A stretch of DNA of 64,000 bases from the NCBI GenBank assembly GCA_965223415.1, contig OZ245002.1, positions 2,528,001 through 2,592,000 of the forward strand, given 5' to 3'. The notes under the pieces are model-generated. The model searched no databases. It was not told the DNA's origin and saw only the letters and a program-made list of their open reading frames with translations. This document shows positions 1 to 7,802 of the stretch, one piece after another (position 1 is the stretch's first letter; every line of letters begins with the position of its first letter). This DNA is from Myxococcota bacterium (GTDB lineage Bacteria; Myxococcota_A; UBA9160; UBA6930). A program made the position numbers and the translations under genes.

Positions 1-1
1 C

Positions 2-235
2 CGGCAGCGGCTTCTCCAACGCCTATCCCGGATCGGGAGCGGTGAGGGGTTCAGGCTTCTTGTGGATCGCCGGGCGGCGGTCGGACTGGTCGAGTCATCC
101 GGGTGGAAAGTCGAGCAAGCGACGAGCATCAGAGAAGCGGCTCGGGTCCTCGTAGGACGCGACGCTGGCCTACCAATCGAATCTGTGAACGAACACAAGA
201 CCCTGGTTGCCGCCATTCGAGCCGGAGAGGCTTGA
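2..235 (+). CDS. 3' end of a gene running in from the window edge; possibly a SAM-dependent (LCM-like) methyltransferase C-terminus
   Basis: Open frame from position 2 to TGA at 233-235 (RLLQRLSRIGSGEGFRLLVDRRAAVGLVESSGWKVE...). It converges on the cassette array. The family guess is weak. Confidence 0.4.
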   Translation, partial: RQRLLQRLSRIGSGEGFRLLVDRRAAVGLVESSGWKVEQATSIREAARVLVGRDAGLPIESVNEHKTLVAAIRAGEA

Positions 236-248
236 TCGCCGAGGCCCT

Positions 249-359
249 GCCCAACGGGTAGGCGGCCCGAAGCTCGCTGAGCCACCTGAGTTGGACCCAG
301 TGTACCACGCCAAGAGCGGAAGCAGCGGTTCCCCGGTCAGGTCCAACCCCTTGTTAGGC
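249..359 (-). other. integron attC site 1 (L' box deleted)
   Basis: Minus strand reads GCCTAAC-AAGGGGTTGGACCTGAC...CCGCCTACCC-GTTGGGC, directly after the stop of 366..860. The interior aligns with 6544-6646 but lacks the TCAGCTGC (L') segment. Confidence 0.8.
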
Positions 360-365
360 AGCTGC

Positions 366-860
366 TCACTCGACTCGATAGATCAGCCAAGCCGAAAAGA
401 CGATGAAGCCGACGCCGAGGCATGTAAGGAGGCCCAGTTGGAAGATGCCTGGGTTGAGCGAGATCACGCTGAGCCCGGTGACCAAGAGAGCACCGATCTC
501 GACGAAGACTGCGAGTGGCACAACCGCATAGAGGTAGGGGTAGGGACCGCGGTCGCCGGTGCGCTCGACGCTTCGATTGCGTTTCAGTACGAAGACGGAG
601 AAGAGAAGCATCGCGAGGCCGAGCGCCCCGCTGCAGGCCACCAAGGTTGTTTCAACGGCGACGCCAGTCTCGACTAACGCCGAGGGAACGAGAGAGAACA
701 CCAACGCCATGCCACTCCAGCCGAGCATCTGGCGGAGAGCTAGACGGTCTCGTTCGCTGAATCCGTCTTGGGCACGGCGCTGAAGGGCTGCCGCAACTCC
801 GGAGAACCCAGCTAGGGCTACTGCAATCTCGGCTATGACCTCGTAGGACTGTAGTTCCAT
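366..860 (-). CDS. integron cassette gene, hypothetical multi-pass membrane protein
   Basis: 164 aa with about 5 hydrophobic segments (AEIAVALAGFSGV motif). It lies between an R' remnant (AGGCGGC, 872-878) and attC1. Confidence 0.75.
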   Translation of the reverse strand: MELQSYEVIAEIAVALAGFSGVAAALQRRAQDGFSERDRLALRQMLGWSGMALVFSLVPSALVETGVAVETTLVACSGALGLAMLLFSVFVLKRNRSVERTGDRGPYPYLYAVVPLAVFVEIGALLVTGLSVISLNPGIFQLGLLTCLGVGFIVFSAWLIYRVE

Positions 861-878
861 CGGCTCGCGCAGCCGCCT

Positions 879-1268
879 TGTGTGTTCCGCCTAGCGCCAG
901 ATTCGGGATAGGGTAGGTGTTTCGATCGGGGAGACCGTAGCTGCCTGAAGCCAGGTGAGCCTGAGAGTTGGATGAATCCCCCGTCCTTCTCGCCATGCCT
1001 TGAAGTATGCGAGGCCCGAGAGCCCGGATCTACAAAGTCGGTAGACGAGGATTCAGGGTCGGGCGACCGAGCGAGATTCTACACCGAGGAGGGAAACGAG
1101 CGGGCCGGGAATGGGGGGCTGGCCCAGGCCTTGGTTCGTCGGCGCAGCGCCGCGCGTGTGCGTCGAGGTGAAGGGCATCTACCACCTCGAGCCGTGTCTG
1201 TGGCCGGACGACGCAGCTCGGATCGAGGTGATGGTGGCGAACCCGCGAGCCACGAAGGATCTTGGCTC
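879..1268 (+). mobile_element. degenerate IS110 remnant (left end, bridge-RNA region, eroded recombinase fragment), related to the element at 5304-6543
   Basis: Same junction GCCGC-CT-TGT as 5297-5306. Shares blocks GCTGCCTGAAGCCAG, GAGGCCCGAGAGCC, TCTACAA and CAGGGTCGGG. Peptide remnant VEVKGIYHLE...VMVANPRA resembles VLESTGVYGLD...VMVANPRA. Confidence 0.85.
930..1075 (+). ncRNA. orphan bridge-RNA-like sequence of the IS110 remnant
   Basis: Homologous to 5360-5495. Guide-position segments are GCTGCCT (940-946), GAGAGTTGG (963-971), GAAGTATG (1002-1009) and TACAA (1031-1035). Confidence 0.6.
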
Positions 1269-1270
1269 GG

Positions 1271-1291
1271 GTCAGCTGCAGCCGGTTAGGC
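1271..1291 (-). other. attC site 2, R''/L'' half only
   Basis: Minus strand GCCTAAC-CGGCTGCAGCTGAC overlaps the TAA stop of the DUF2442 gene. The rest is replaced by the IS110 remnant. Confidence 0.75.
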
Positions 1292-1558
1292 GGCGCCCCT
1301 CTGCTTGGGCGGCGCGGGTGCGCCGCGGAGGAGGCCTTCCGCACTGAGGTCTTCATCCACATCCGGCCAGTGAATTCCGTGGCCACCACCACAGAGCTCC
1401 CACTTCTCGCGTTGCTCACGGGTGGCGTGCAGGAGCCGAGGGAACCAAGCGAGCGGAACAGAAATGGTGCGACCATCAGCAAGCGTCGCGTGAAGCGAGT
1501 CGTCATCGATTTCGACATCGATGATTCGCTCGCCCGCTCTAGGTTCCGAAGTAACCAT
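1286..1558 (-). CDS. DUF2442 family protein (toxin-antitoxin pair with DUF4160)
   Basis: LADGRTISVPLAWFPRLLHAT...GIHWPDVDEDLSAEGLL is the typical DUF2442 signature. It overlaps the upstream DUF4160 gene. Confidence 0.9.
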   Translation of the reverse strand: MVTSEPRAGERIIDVEIDDDSLHATLADGRTISVPLAWFPRLLHATREQREKWELCGGGHGIHWPDVDEDLSAEGLLRGAPAPPKQRGAA

Positions 1559-1775
1559 TCCAGGCCTCGAAGAGAGATCGTTCGTTGGATCGAATCAGCG
1601 CTTCGATCTGTCGCAGTTCCCGCGGGCCGAACCCGAGGTTTCGCGCCAACCCAACCGGAGCGAGCCAGAACTTCGCGGTTCGATCGTCGCGATCAACGTG
1701 AACGTGCGGAGGTTCGTTCGGCTCATGGCTGTAGAAGTATATCCGGTAGGGTCCGGACCGAAGAACCGTCGGCAT
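1539..1775 (-). CDS. DUF4160 family protein (toxin-antitoxin pair with DUF2442)
   Basis: MPTVLRSGPYRIYFYSHEPNEPPHVHV...AKFWL...AWNGYFG is the typical DUF4160 signature. Confidence 0.9.
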   Translation of the reverse strand: MPTVLRSGPYRIYFYSHEPNEPPHVHVDRDDRTAKFWLAPVGLARNLGFGPRELRQIEALIRSNERSLFEAWNGYFGT

Positions 1776-1781
1776 GGCTCA

Positions 1782-1820
1782 CCGCAAGGTATCGGATTCC
1801 CAAGCGAAATCGCCTTGCGG
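1782..1820. promoter_or_regulatory. inverted repeat upstream of the TA operon, putative autoregulatory operator
   Basis: CCGCAAGG (1782-1789) and CCTTGCGG (1813-1820), starting 6 bp from the DUF4160 start codon. Confidence 0.45.
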
Positions 1821-1855
1821 CACCACCTCGCAGTAGGAGGGGGCCGAGGCACTAG

Positions 1856-3146
1856 CAGGCTGCGGAAAAACCCCGTGCGACGGGTCGAATCGGTTGGTAC
1901 AGGCATACCGGGGGGATGGAGATGCGCGGAACCGATCGAACGCAGTCCACGATGTTCAGCTACGTGTCGCCGGAGGCGCGTGTCCCCGCCGATCATCCAC
2001 TGCGCGTGACGCGGGAGATGACGAATCGCGCCCTGGTCCGGCTGGACGGGAGGTTGCGGAAGCTGTACTCGCGGACGGGTCGGCCGTCGATTCCGCCCGA
2101 GCACCTGTTGCGGGCCCTGCTGCTGCAGGTGCTCTACTCGGTGCGAAGCGAGCGGATGCTGATGGAGCAGCTCGAGTACAACCTGCTGTTCCGCTGGTTC
2201 GTGGGGCTCGAGATGGACGACCGGGTCTGGGACGTGACGGTGTTCACGAAGAATCGGGATCGGTTGCTTCGGGGAGAGATCGCGGAGGGGTTCTTTCAGG
2301 CCGTGTTGGCGGAGGCCCGCGAGGAGGGGCTTCTGTCGGACGAGCACTTCACGGTGGACGGCACGCTGATCGAGGCATGGGCGGGGCAGAAGAGCTTTCG
2401 GCCGAAGGACGAGGACCGGGGCGGCCGCGGGGGTGGACGGAAGGCGACGGAGCGGGACTTCCACGGTGAGCGTAGGAAGAACGACACGCACGCCTCGACG
2501 ACGGACCCGGAGTCCCGGCTCTACCGCAAGGGGAAGGGGAAGGAAGCGAAGCTGTGCTTCATGGGCCACGTGGTGACGGAGAACCGGCATGGCCTGGTGG
2601 TGGCGGCCAAGACGACGCTGGCCACGGGCACGGCGGAGCGCGAGGCCTCGGTGGCGATGGTGAAGCGGGTGCCACGCGGACGGCGATCGACGTTGGGCGG
2701 AGACAAGGGCTACGACACGGTGTCGCATGTCGAAGAGCTTCGAGAGCTGGGCGTGACCCCGCACGTCGCGCAGAACGACAAGGGCCGCCGCAGCGCGATC
2801 GATGATCGAACGACGACGCACGTGGGCTACGAGATCAGCCAGCGCAAACGCAAGGCGATCGAGCAGGTCTTCGGCTGGGGGAAGACGGTAGGCCCGATTC
2901 GCAAGGTGAAGCATCGCGGCAAGGAGCGGGTGGGCTGGATGTTCACGTTCACCCAGGCGGCCTACAACCTTGTGAGGATGAGGAACCTGCTATGCCCCAC
3001 GTAGCTTGTCGGGTCGAGTGGAGGGCCCCGTTGGCAGCGAGCCGGGCGTCAACCGGCGGCAAGGCCTCGATTCCGCGCTCCTTTCCTAGCCAAAGCGCCT
3101 CCAAGGCACCGTTCTCTGCGTACCATCGGCGTTCTTCCGCAGCCTG
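1856..3146 (+). mobile_element. IS5-family insertion sequence
   Basis: Terminal IRs CAGGCTGCGGAAAAAC / GTTCTTCCGCAGCCTG. CTAG target duplication at 1852-1855 and 3147-3150. Confidence 0.9.
1916..3004 (+). CDS. IS5-family DDE transposase
   Basis: MFSYVSPEARVPADHPLR, GRPSIPPE, FTVDGTLIEAWA, TTDPESRL, GGDKGYD and RKAIEQVFGWGK motifs. Confidence 0.92.
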   Translation: MEMRGTDRTQSTMFSYVSPEARVPADHPLRVTREMTNRALVRLDGRLRKLYSRTGRPSIPPEHLLRALLLQVLYSVRSERMLMEQLEYNLLFRWFVGLEMDDRVWDVTVFTKNRDRLLRGEIAEGFFQAVLAEAREEGLLSDEHFTVDGTLIEAWAGQKSFRPKDEDRGGRGGGRKATERDFHGERRKNDTHASTTDPESRLYRKGKGKEAKLCFMGHVVTENRHGLVVAAKTTLATGTAEREASVAMVKRVPRGRRSTLGGDKGYDTVSHVEELRELGVTPHVAQNDKGRRSAIDDRTTTHVGYEISQRKRKAIEQVFGWGKTVGPIRKVKHRGKERVGWMFTFTQAAYNLVRMRNLLCPT

Positions 3147-3350
3147 CTAGGACCCGGGGCCAAAGACGGAGAGATACGAGTCTAGGGCTGCGCTGAGCCA
3201 GCTGTCGTCGAGCCGCCGCAACTCGTCGATTCGCTCCTCGGGTTGGAGAATGTCGAGAAGGAGCTTCCCGAAGGGCAATTCGGGCTTGGCATCCCAGGCA
3301 CTGCCCAGCGCCTCGAGGATCTCCGCTCGCTCCTCTTCGCGGTTGGACAC
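3147..3350 (-). CDS. small hypothetical cassette protein
   Basis: 67 aa (ILEALGSAWDAKPELPFGKLL) with GTG start, downstream of attC3. Its TAG stop is part of the IS5 CTAG target. Confidence 0.55.
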   Translation of the reverse strand: MSNREEERAEILEALGSAWDAKPELPFGKLLLDILQPEERIDELRRLDDSWLSAALDSYLSVFGPGS

Positions 3351-3420
3351 CCCGCCAGCCTACCCCTAGAAGGTTCGCTCGCTGGCGCCCGATCGCGTCC
3401 AACCTGTCCGCGTTCGCCAA

Positions 3421-3521
3421 GCCGCCTTGTACCTCTGATCCAGCCGGCCAAGGAACAACCCCAGGCTACCATGGCCGTTTGAAGGGTGCTTGGAGCCGTC
3501 AGCTGCAGCCGCTTGTTAGGC
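3421..3521 (-). other. attC site 3 (R' disrupted by an 11-bp IS110 left-end scar)
   Basis: Minus strand GCCTAAC-AAGCGGCTGCAGCTGAC at 3498-3521. At the far end, GCCGC-CT-TGTACCTCTGA (3421-3438) is identical to 5297-5314. Confidence 0.8.
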
Positions 3522-3528
3522 GCCGCGC

Positions 3529-4786
3529 GGTACGGTCCGGCCACATCCTTTACAGGAGTCCAGGGACATCGTTTACACCCGGGGGATGCCCTGGATGGAA
3601 ACGGATGCAAGGAAGCAGCGGCAGGCGTTCGTTCGCGACTACGAGAGCGGTCAGTGGTCGATGAGCGAGCTGTGTCGGCGGTATCGTGTCTCCCGGCCCA
3701 CAGGCTACAAGTGGCTCGGGCGCTTCGAGTCGGAGGGGGAGGCCGGCCTGGAGGAGAGGTCCCGTGCGCCGGCTCGCTGCCCGCACAGGACGCCAGCGAG
3801 CGTGGAGCGCAAGATCCTGGCCCTTCGCGCCGAGTACGGCTGGGGTGCGAAGAAGATCTTGCAGGTGCTCGAGCGCCGGTACCCGAAGATGCAGAGGCCC
3901 GCGCGAAGCACGGTGAACGCGATCCTCGATCGCCACGGCAAGCTGCGCAAGAACCGACGTCGGAAGAAGTGGTCGCATCCCGGCGCTGCGTCGCTGTCGA
4001 CCGACCACCCGAACCAGGTGTGGCCCGCGGACTTCAAGGGCCAATTCAAGATGCGCAACGGTCGCTACTGCTACCCGCTGACCGTGACCGACCACTGCAG
4101 CCGCAAGCTCCTGATGTGCCGCGGGCTGCACTCGATTCGCACCGAGGGCGTGAAGCCGCTGTTTCGGGAGCTCTTTCGCGAGGTCGGACTTCCCGAGGCG
4201 ATTCGCACCGACAACGGTGCCCCCTTCGCATCGACCGGGATCCACGGCCTGTGCGAACTCAACGTGTGGTGGATGAAGCTCGGCATCGTGCACCAGCGCA
4301 TCCGTCCTTCGAGCCCCCAACAGAACGGGCAGCACGAGAGGATGCACAAGGACCTCAAACGCGAGGCGACCCGCCCGCCTGGCGCGAACCTCAACGTCCA
4401 GCAGCGGATGCTCGAGGCCTTTCGTCGACGCTACAACGAGGAGCGGCCGCACGAAGCACTCGGTGGAGCGTTTCCCGAGGAGCGCTACGAGCCCTCGCCG
4501 CGGCCGTACCCCAGTCGCCTCTCGCCGCCGGAGTACCCTGCGCAGATGGAAGTGCGCCGCGTGAGCCGGGCCGGGACGTTTCGGCTGAAGGCGAAGCAGC
4601 CCTTCCTGAGCAACGCACTGGCCGATGAGTACATCGGACTTGAAGAGATCGGCGACGGCATCTGGAGCATCGTCTACTACGAGACGATCCTGGGCCGCAT
4701 CGACGAGCGCAGCAGGAAGATCACCGGAGTCTGAGAGGTGTAAACGATCTACCTGGACTTGTGTAAAGGATCAGCCGGACCGGTCA
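3529..4786 (+). mobile_element. IS481-family insertion sequence
   Basis: Imperfect IRs of about 50 bp: CGGTCCGG..ATCCTTTACA..AGTCCAGG..ATCGTTTACACC and its complement at about 4737-4786. No clear TSD. Confidence 0.85.
3586..4734 (+). CDS. IS481-family transposase (HTH + rve integrase core)
   Basis: MPWMETD..SMSELCRRYRVSRPTGYKW; W.ADFKG, LTVTDHCSR, IRTDNGAPF, PQQNGQHERMH and YNEERPHEAL motifs. Confidence 0.93.
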   Translation: MPWMETDARKQRQAFVRDYESGQWSMSELCRRYRVSRPTGYKWLGRFESEGEAGLEERSRAPARCPHRTPASVERKILALRAEYGWGAKKILQVLERRYPKMQRPARSTVNAILDRHGKLRKNRRRKKWSHPGAASLSTDHPNQVWPADFKGQFKMRNGRYCYPLTVTDHCSRKLLMCRGLHSIRTEGVKPLFRELFREVGLPEAIRTDNGAPFASTGIHGLCELNVWWMKLGIVHQRIRPSSPQQNGQHERMHKDLKREATRPPGANLNVQQRMLEAFRRRYNEERPHEALGGAFPEERYEPSPRPYPSRLSPPEYPAQMEVRRVSRAGTFRLKAKQPFLSNALADEYIGLEEIGDGIWSIVYYETILGRIDERSRKITGV

Positions 4787-4790
4787 GGCC

Positions 4791-5249
4791 CTAGAACCTG
4801 GAGCTGAGCCAGGTCGCATTCCTGGCCAACAGAAAACCCACGAGAACCCTTGCGAGAGGAGACACCAGGTACCCGATGAACGTCGTCGAACTCATCCTCT
4901 CAGGAGCTGACATGGCCATTGAAAATAGAACTACGAACGCAGAGAGAAGCGAAGCAGAGCCTGCAGCCATGAAGAAGATCCCGAGCAGAACGACGCCGAG
5001 GGAGAGCCACTGCGCCCCCGGGGCAACGCTCGGCGGGTTGTGCTCTGGCATGCTGAATGCGACGTAACGCGAGAGCACCAGGAGGACGACTCCTGGAATC
5101 CAGTTGCCAGCTAGCGTGGGCCAGGAGTCCAACAGCATCGACGAGAGGGGCCTCACAAGATCCTCGGACTGGCCCATGACCAAGTAGTAACTGGAAGCCT
5201 CGTGGGCCCATTCGGCGACACCGGACGCAAGAAAGAACAGGCCGAGCAA
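4791..5249 (-). CDS. integron cassette gene, hypothetical membrane protein (start uncertain; frame open to about 5285)
   Basis: Four hydrophobic segments, lower GC, and located between the attC4 R' site and attC3. Confidence 0.65.
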   Translation of the reverse strand: MLGLFFLASGVAEWAHEASSYYLVMGQSEDLVRPLSSMLLDSWPTLAGNWIPGVVLLVLSRYVAFSMPEHNPPSVAPGAQWLSLGVVLLGIFFMAAGSASLLSAFVVLFSMAMSAPERMSSTTFIGYLVSPLARVLVGFLLARNATWLSSRF

Positions 5250-5344
5250 CGCCGTCCCAGTCCGCGCAACTTCGGTCAGCTTGAACCCCCCTTCGCGCCG
5301 CCTTGTACCTCTGAGCAGGCTCTTCGGGCCTGAGTGAGACTCCG

Positions 5345-5500
5345 AGATGGGTTCCCGGGAAAGGCCGTCGCTGCCTGAAGCCAGAGAGCTTGTCCGTTAG
5401 ATGGGCCTCCCGCCCTCGTCACCCATGCCGTGGAGTATCCGAGGCCCGAGAGCCTGCGTCTACAAGGTCCGTAGGTGAATGTGCAGGGTCGGGAGACCCG
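5345..5500 (+). ncRNA. bridge RNA of IS110-A (boundaries approximate)
   Basis: Target loop AGGCC[GTCGCTGCCTG]AAGC-CAGAGA-GCTT[GTCCGTTAGATG]GGCCT. Donor loop has GGAGTATC (5432-5439) and TACAAG (5461-5466) around the AGGC-CCGAGA-GCCT hairpin. Confidence 0.85.
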
Positions 5501-5530
5501 GGTCCCAGCTTATCACGGGGAGGAGAGACC

Positions 5531-6526
5531 TTGAAGAAGTGTCATTACGTGGGCGTGGACGTCGGGGCGAAGGAGCTCGTCGTCGCCATCGACCGGAACG
5601 GAACTCGCGAGGGCGGGCTGGTCTTTGCGAACGATCCCAAGGGCCACCAGAGGCTGATTCGGTGGGCCACGAAGGGGAATGCGACGGCGCGCGTCGTCCT
5701 GGAATCGACCGGGGTGTACGGCCTCGACCTCGCGTTCGCGCTTCACCGTGCGAAGGCGTCCCAGGTGATGGTGGCGAACCCGCGGGCCATTGCCGCGTTC
5801 GCCAAGGCATCGCTTCAACGCTCCAAGACGGATGCGCTCGATGCGGAAACGATTCTCGAGTTCGGAATGCGCATGGAGTTTTCCGCCTGGACTCCGCCGG
5901 ACCCCCGAATTCTGGAGGTACGGGCCCTCTCCCGCCGCGTGGAGGCTCTGAGCAAGACCGTGACGCAGGAGAAGAACCGGCTCCATGCCAACGACCAGAG
6001 CGAGGAGCTCAGTGAGTTCGTGAAGCAAGACATCCGCGAACTGATCGAGCTCCTGGAGGGGCGAATCGATCGGCTGCGCAAGCAAGCGTTGAAGGTGATC
6101 GAGCAGAGCCCCGAGCTCGCCAGAGACTTCGGCCACATCACATCGATCAAGGGTATCGCCGACGCAGCCGGCATCCAGTTGCTCGCCGAGCTAGGCACCT
6201 TGCCCAAGGACATGACGACCCGGCAATGGGTCGCGCATGCGGGCCTCGACCCCCGACAGTTTCAATCGGGCACCTCTGTGCACAAGCCAGCTCGCATCAG
6301 CAAGACCGGCAACGCCCACCTTCGCCGCGCACTCTTTCTTCCTGCGATGGTCGCTGCACGCTGGGAACCGAACGTGAAGGCCTTCTACGAGAAGCTGCTC
6401 TCCAAGGGCAAAACCAAGATGCAAGCACTCGTCGCCGTCATGCGGAAGCTGCTCCACGCCATCTACGGCATGCTCCGCCACGACCAGGACTTCCTTGGCG
6501 AGAAATTCTTCGCCACGAAGGGTTGA
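5531..6526 (+). CDS. IS110-family DEDD recombinase/transposase
   Basis: TTG start after AGGAGAG. Motifs VGVDVGAK, VLESTGVY, KTDALDA, HAGLDPRQFQSGTS, SKTGNAHLRRALF and VAVMRKLL. Confidence 0.95.
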   Translation: MKKCHYVGVDVGAKELVVAIDRNGTREGGLVFANDPKGHQRLIRWATKGNATARVVLESTGVYGLDLAFALHRAKASQVMVANPRAIAAFAKASLQRSKTDALDAETILEFGMRMEFSAWTPPDPRILEVRALSRRVEALSKTVTQEKNRLHANDQSEELSEFVKQDIRELIELLEGRIDRLRKQALKVIEQSPELARDFGHITSIKGIADAAGIQLLAELGTLPKDMTTRQWVAHAGLDPRQFQSGTSVHKPARISKTGNAHLRRALFLPAMVAARWEPNVKAFYEKLLSKGKTKMQALVAVMRKLLHAIYGMLRHDQDFLGEKFFATKG

Positions 6527-6543
6527 CGACGAAGGGAGTATCT

Positions 6544-6646
6544 AACGGACAGGCGGCTCAGCTGCTGGGCAGGCCCCGAAGCTCACTGAGGCGCCTGGGT
6601 GGAACCCAAGAGTACCACGCCCCAGTTGGAACGCGCGGTTGCCCGG
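6544..6646 (-). other. attC site 4, central segment with L' box (between IS110-A and IS1111-B)
   Basis: Minus strand GCAGCTGAGCCGCCTGTCCGTT, followed by AG-GC once IS110-A is removed. The interior is homologous to attC1 (CCGAAGCTC.CTGAG...GTACCACGCC...GCGGTT). Confidence 0.85.
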
Positions 6647-6724
6647 AGGGTATAGGGAGGTCAGCTCCTTGGAGAACAGCCACCTTGGCTGTGTTCCAAC
6701 AAACACTCCCCAAGGAGACTGACC

Positions 6725-7774
6725 ATGACGACAGAGTACTTCGCTGGGATCGACTTGCATCGCACCGTGATCCAGATCTGCGTGCTGGATGCGCGGGGTG
6801 AGAAGATCGCCGAGGAGAGGATCCGCTCCGAGAGCCTTGAACAGGGCCTCGGGGTCGTGGAGCGGCTGAAGTTCTTCGGACCCCATTGCCGCGTAGCCGT
6901 CGAGGCGTTGGGCCTCAACCGGTGGTTCGTCAACGCCTGCCGAGAGGCGCAGCTCGACGTTCTGGTCTGTGATCCGCGCAAGCTCGACCTGAAGAAGCTC
7001 GGCAAGAAGACGGACCGGCGAGATGCAGCCGAGATTGCACGCCGGCTCTGGCTCGGTGATCTGGATCGGGTGGCAACGACCTACTACCCGAGCGACGAGG
7101 AGTACGGGAGGAGGAAGCTCCTTCGGGTCCGCCACCGCCTCGTCCAGATGCGCCAACAGGCCGTGAACCAGCTCCGGGGCTTCCTGAACGCCTACCGGAT
7201 TCCCGCTCCCACGAGCGCGCTCTATACCAAGCCGAGCCGGGAGAAGCTCCGCACCGTCACCCTGCCGACCCTGGAGATGCAGACCGCCTTCAAGGCCCTG
7301 CTCCAGGTGCTCGATAGCCTGCAGGGCCAGGTGCTGGCTCTCGATCGGGAGATCCGACGGATCGGGCGAGAGGATCCCGACGTCCAGGCCCTCGAGCAGG
7401 AGCTCCCGAGCATCGGGACGCAATCGGCTGCCACGCTGCTCGCCGAGATCGGCGACCCGCACCGATTCCGAGGCCCCCGTGCGGTCTCGGCCTTCGCCGG
7501 CTTCACCCCCAAGGTGAACCAGTCAGCCGACCACGCCCACCACGGCCGCATGACCCGCCAAGGCCAGGCCGAGCTCCGCTGGATCGTCAGCCAATGGGCG
7601 GTTCGCCTGATGAAGGACGACCCGTTGGTTCGTGCCTGGGCGAAGACGATGCGGACCCGCGTCCACAAGAACAAGGTCCGCATGGCCTTGGCTCGCAGAC
7701 TCCTCGTCAGCGTCTGGGTCACGCTCACCCGCGGCGAGGCCTTCGATCTCCGGAGGTGCCTTGGCATGGCGTAG
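6725..7774 (+). CDS. IS110/IS1111-family recombinase
   Basis: AGIDLH, VAVEA, KKTDRRDA, AFAGFTPKVNQSA and MALARRL motifs. Confidence 0.93.
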   Translation: MTTEYFAGIDLHRTVIQICVLDARGEKIAEERIRSESLEQGLGVVERLKFFGPHCRVAVEALGLNRWFVNACREAQLDVLVCDPRKLDLKKLGKKTDRRDAAEIARRLWLGDLDRVATTYYPSDEEYGRRKLLRVRHRLVQMRQQAVNQLRGFLNAYRIPAPTSALYTKPSREKLRTVTLPTLEMQTAFKALLQVLDSLQGQVLALDREIRRIGREDPDVQALEQELPSIGTQSAATLLAEIGDPHRFRGPRAVSAFAGFTPKVNQSADHAHHGRMTRQGQAELRWIVSQWAVRLMKDDPLVRAWAKTMRTRVHKNKVRMALARRLLVSVWVTLTRGEAFDLRRCLGMA

Positions 7775-7802
7775 CCCCGCTCCCCCAGGACCCCTTCTCG
7801 CT

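Larger units (their letters stand above)
5304..6543 (+). mobile_element. IS110 element A (IS621-like, CT core), inserted in the attC4 R' core GTTAGGC
   Basis: Left junction GCCGC-CT-TGTAC (CT 5302-5303) and right junction GGAGTAT-CT-AACGGAC (CT 6542-6543). No TIRs. TTGACG at 6523-6528 could form a circle-junction promoter. Confidence 0.92.

Noticed and set aside
1776..1855. attC between the small ORF 3147..3350 and the TA pair
   Set aside because: No RYYYAAC/GTTRRRY boxes after removing IS5. Only the operator-like inverted repeat is present.
3520..4792. Target-site duplication for IS481
   Set aside because: The flanks (GCCGCGC / GGCCCT) do not match, and the left end reads GG rather than TG, so its boundary is uncertain.
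5390..5530. N-terminal extensions of IS110 ORFs in the ORF track (5390 and 11268 starts)
   Set aside because: These stretches are the bridge-RNA regions. RBS-backed starts lie at 5531 and 11508, just before the first catalytic motif.
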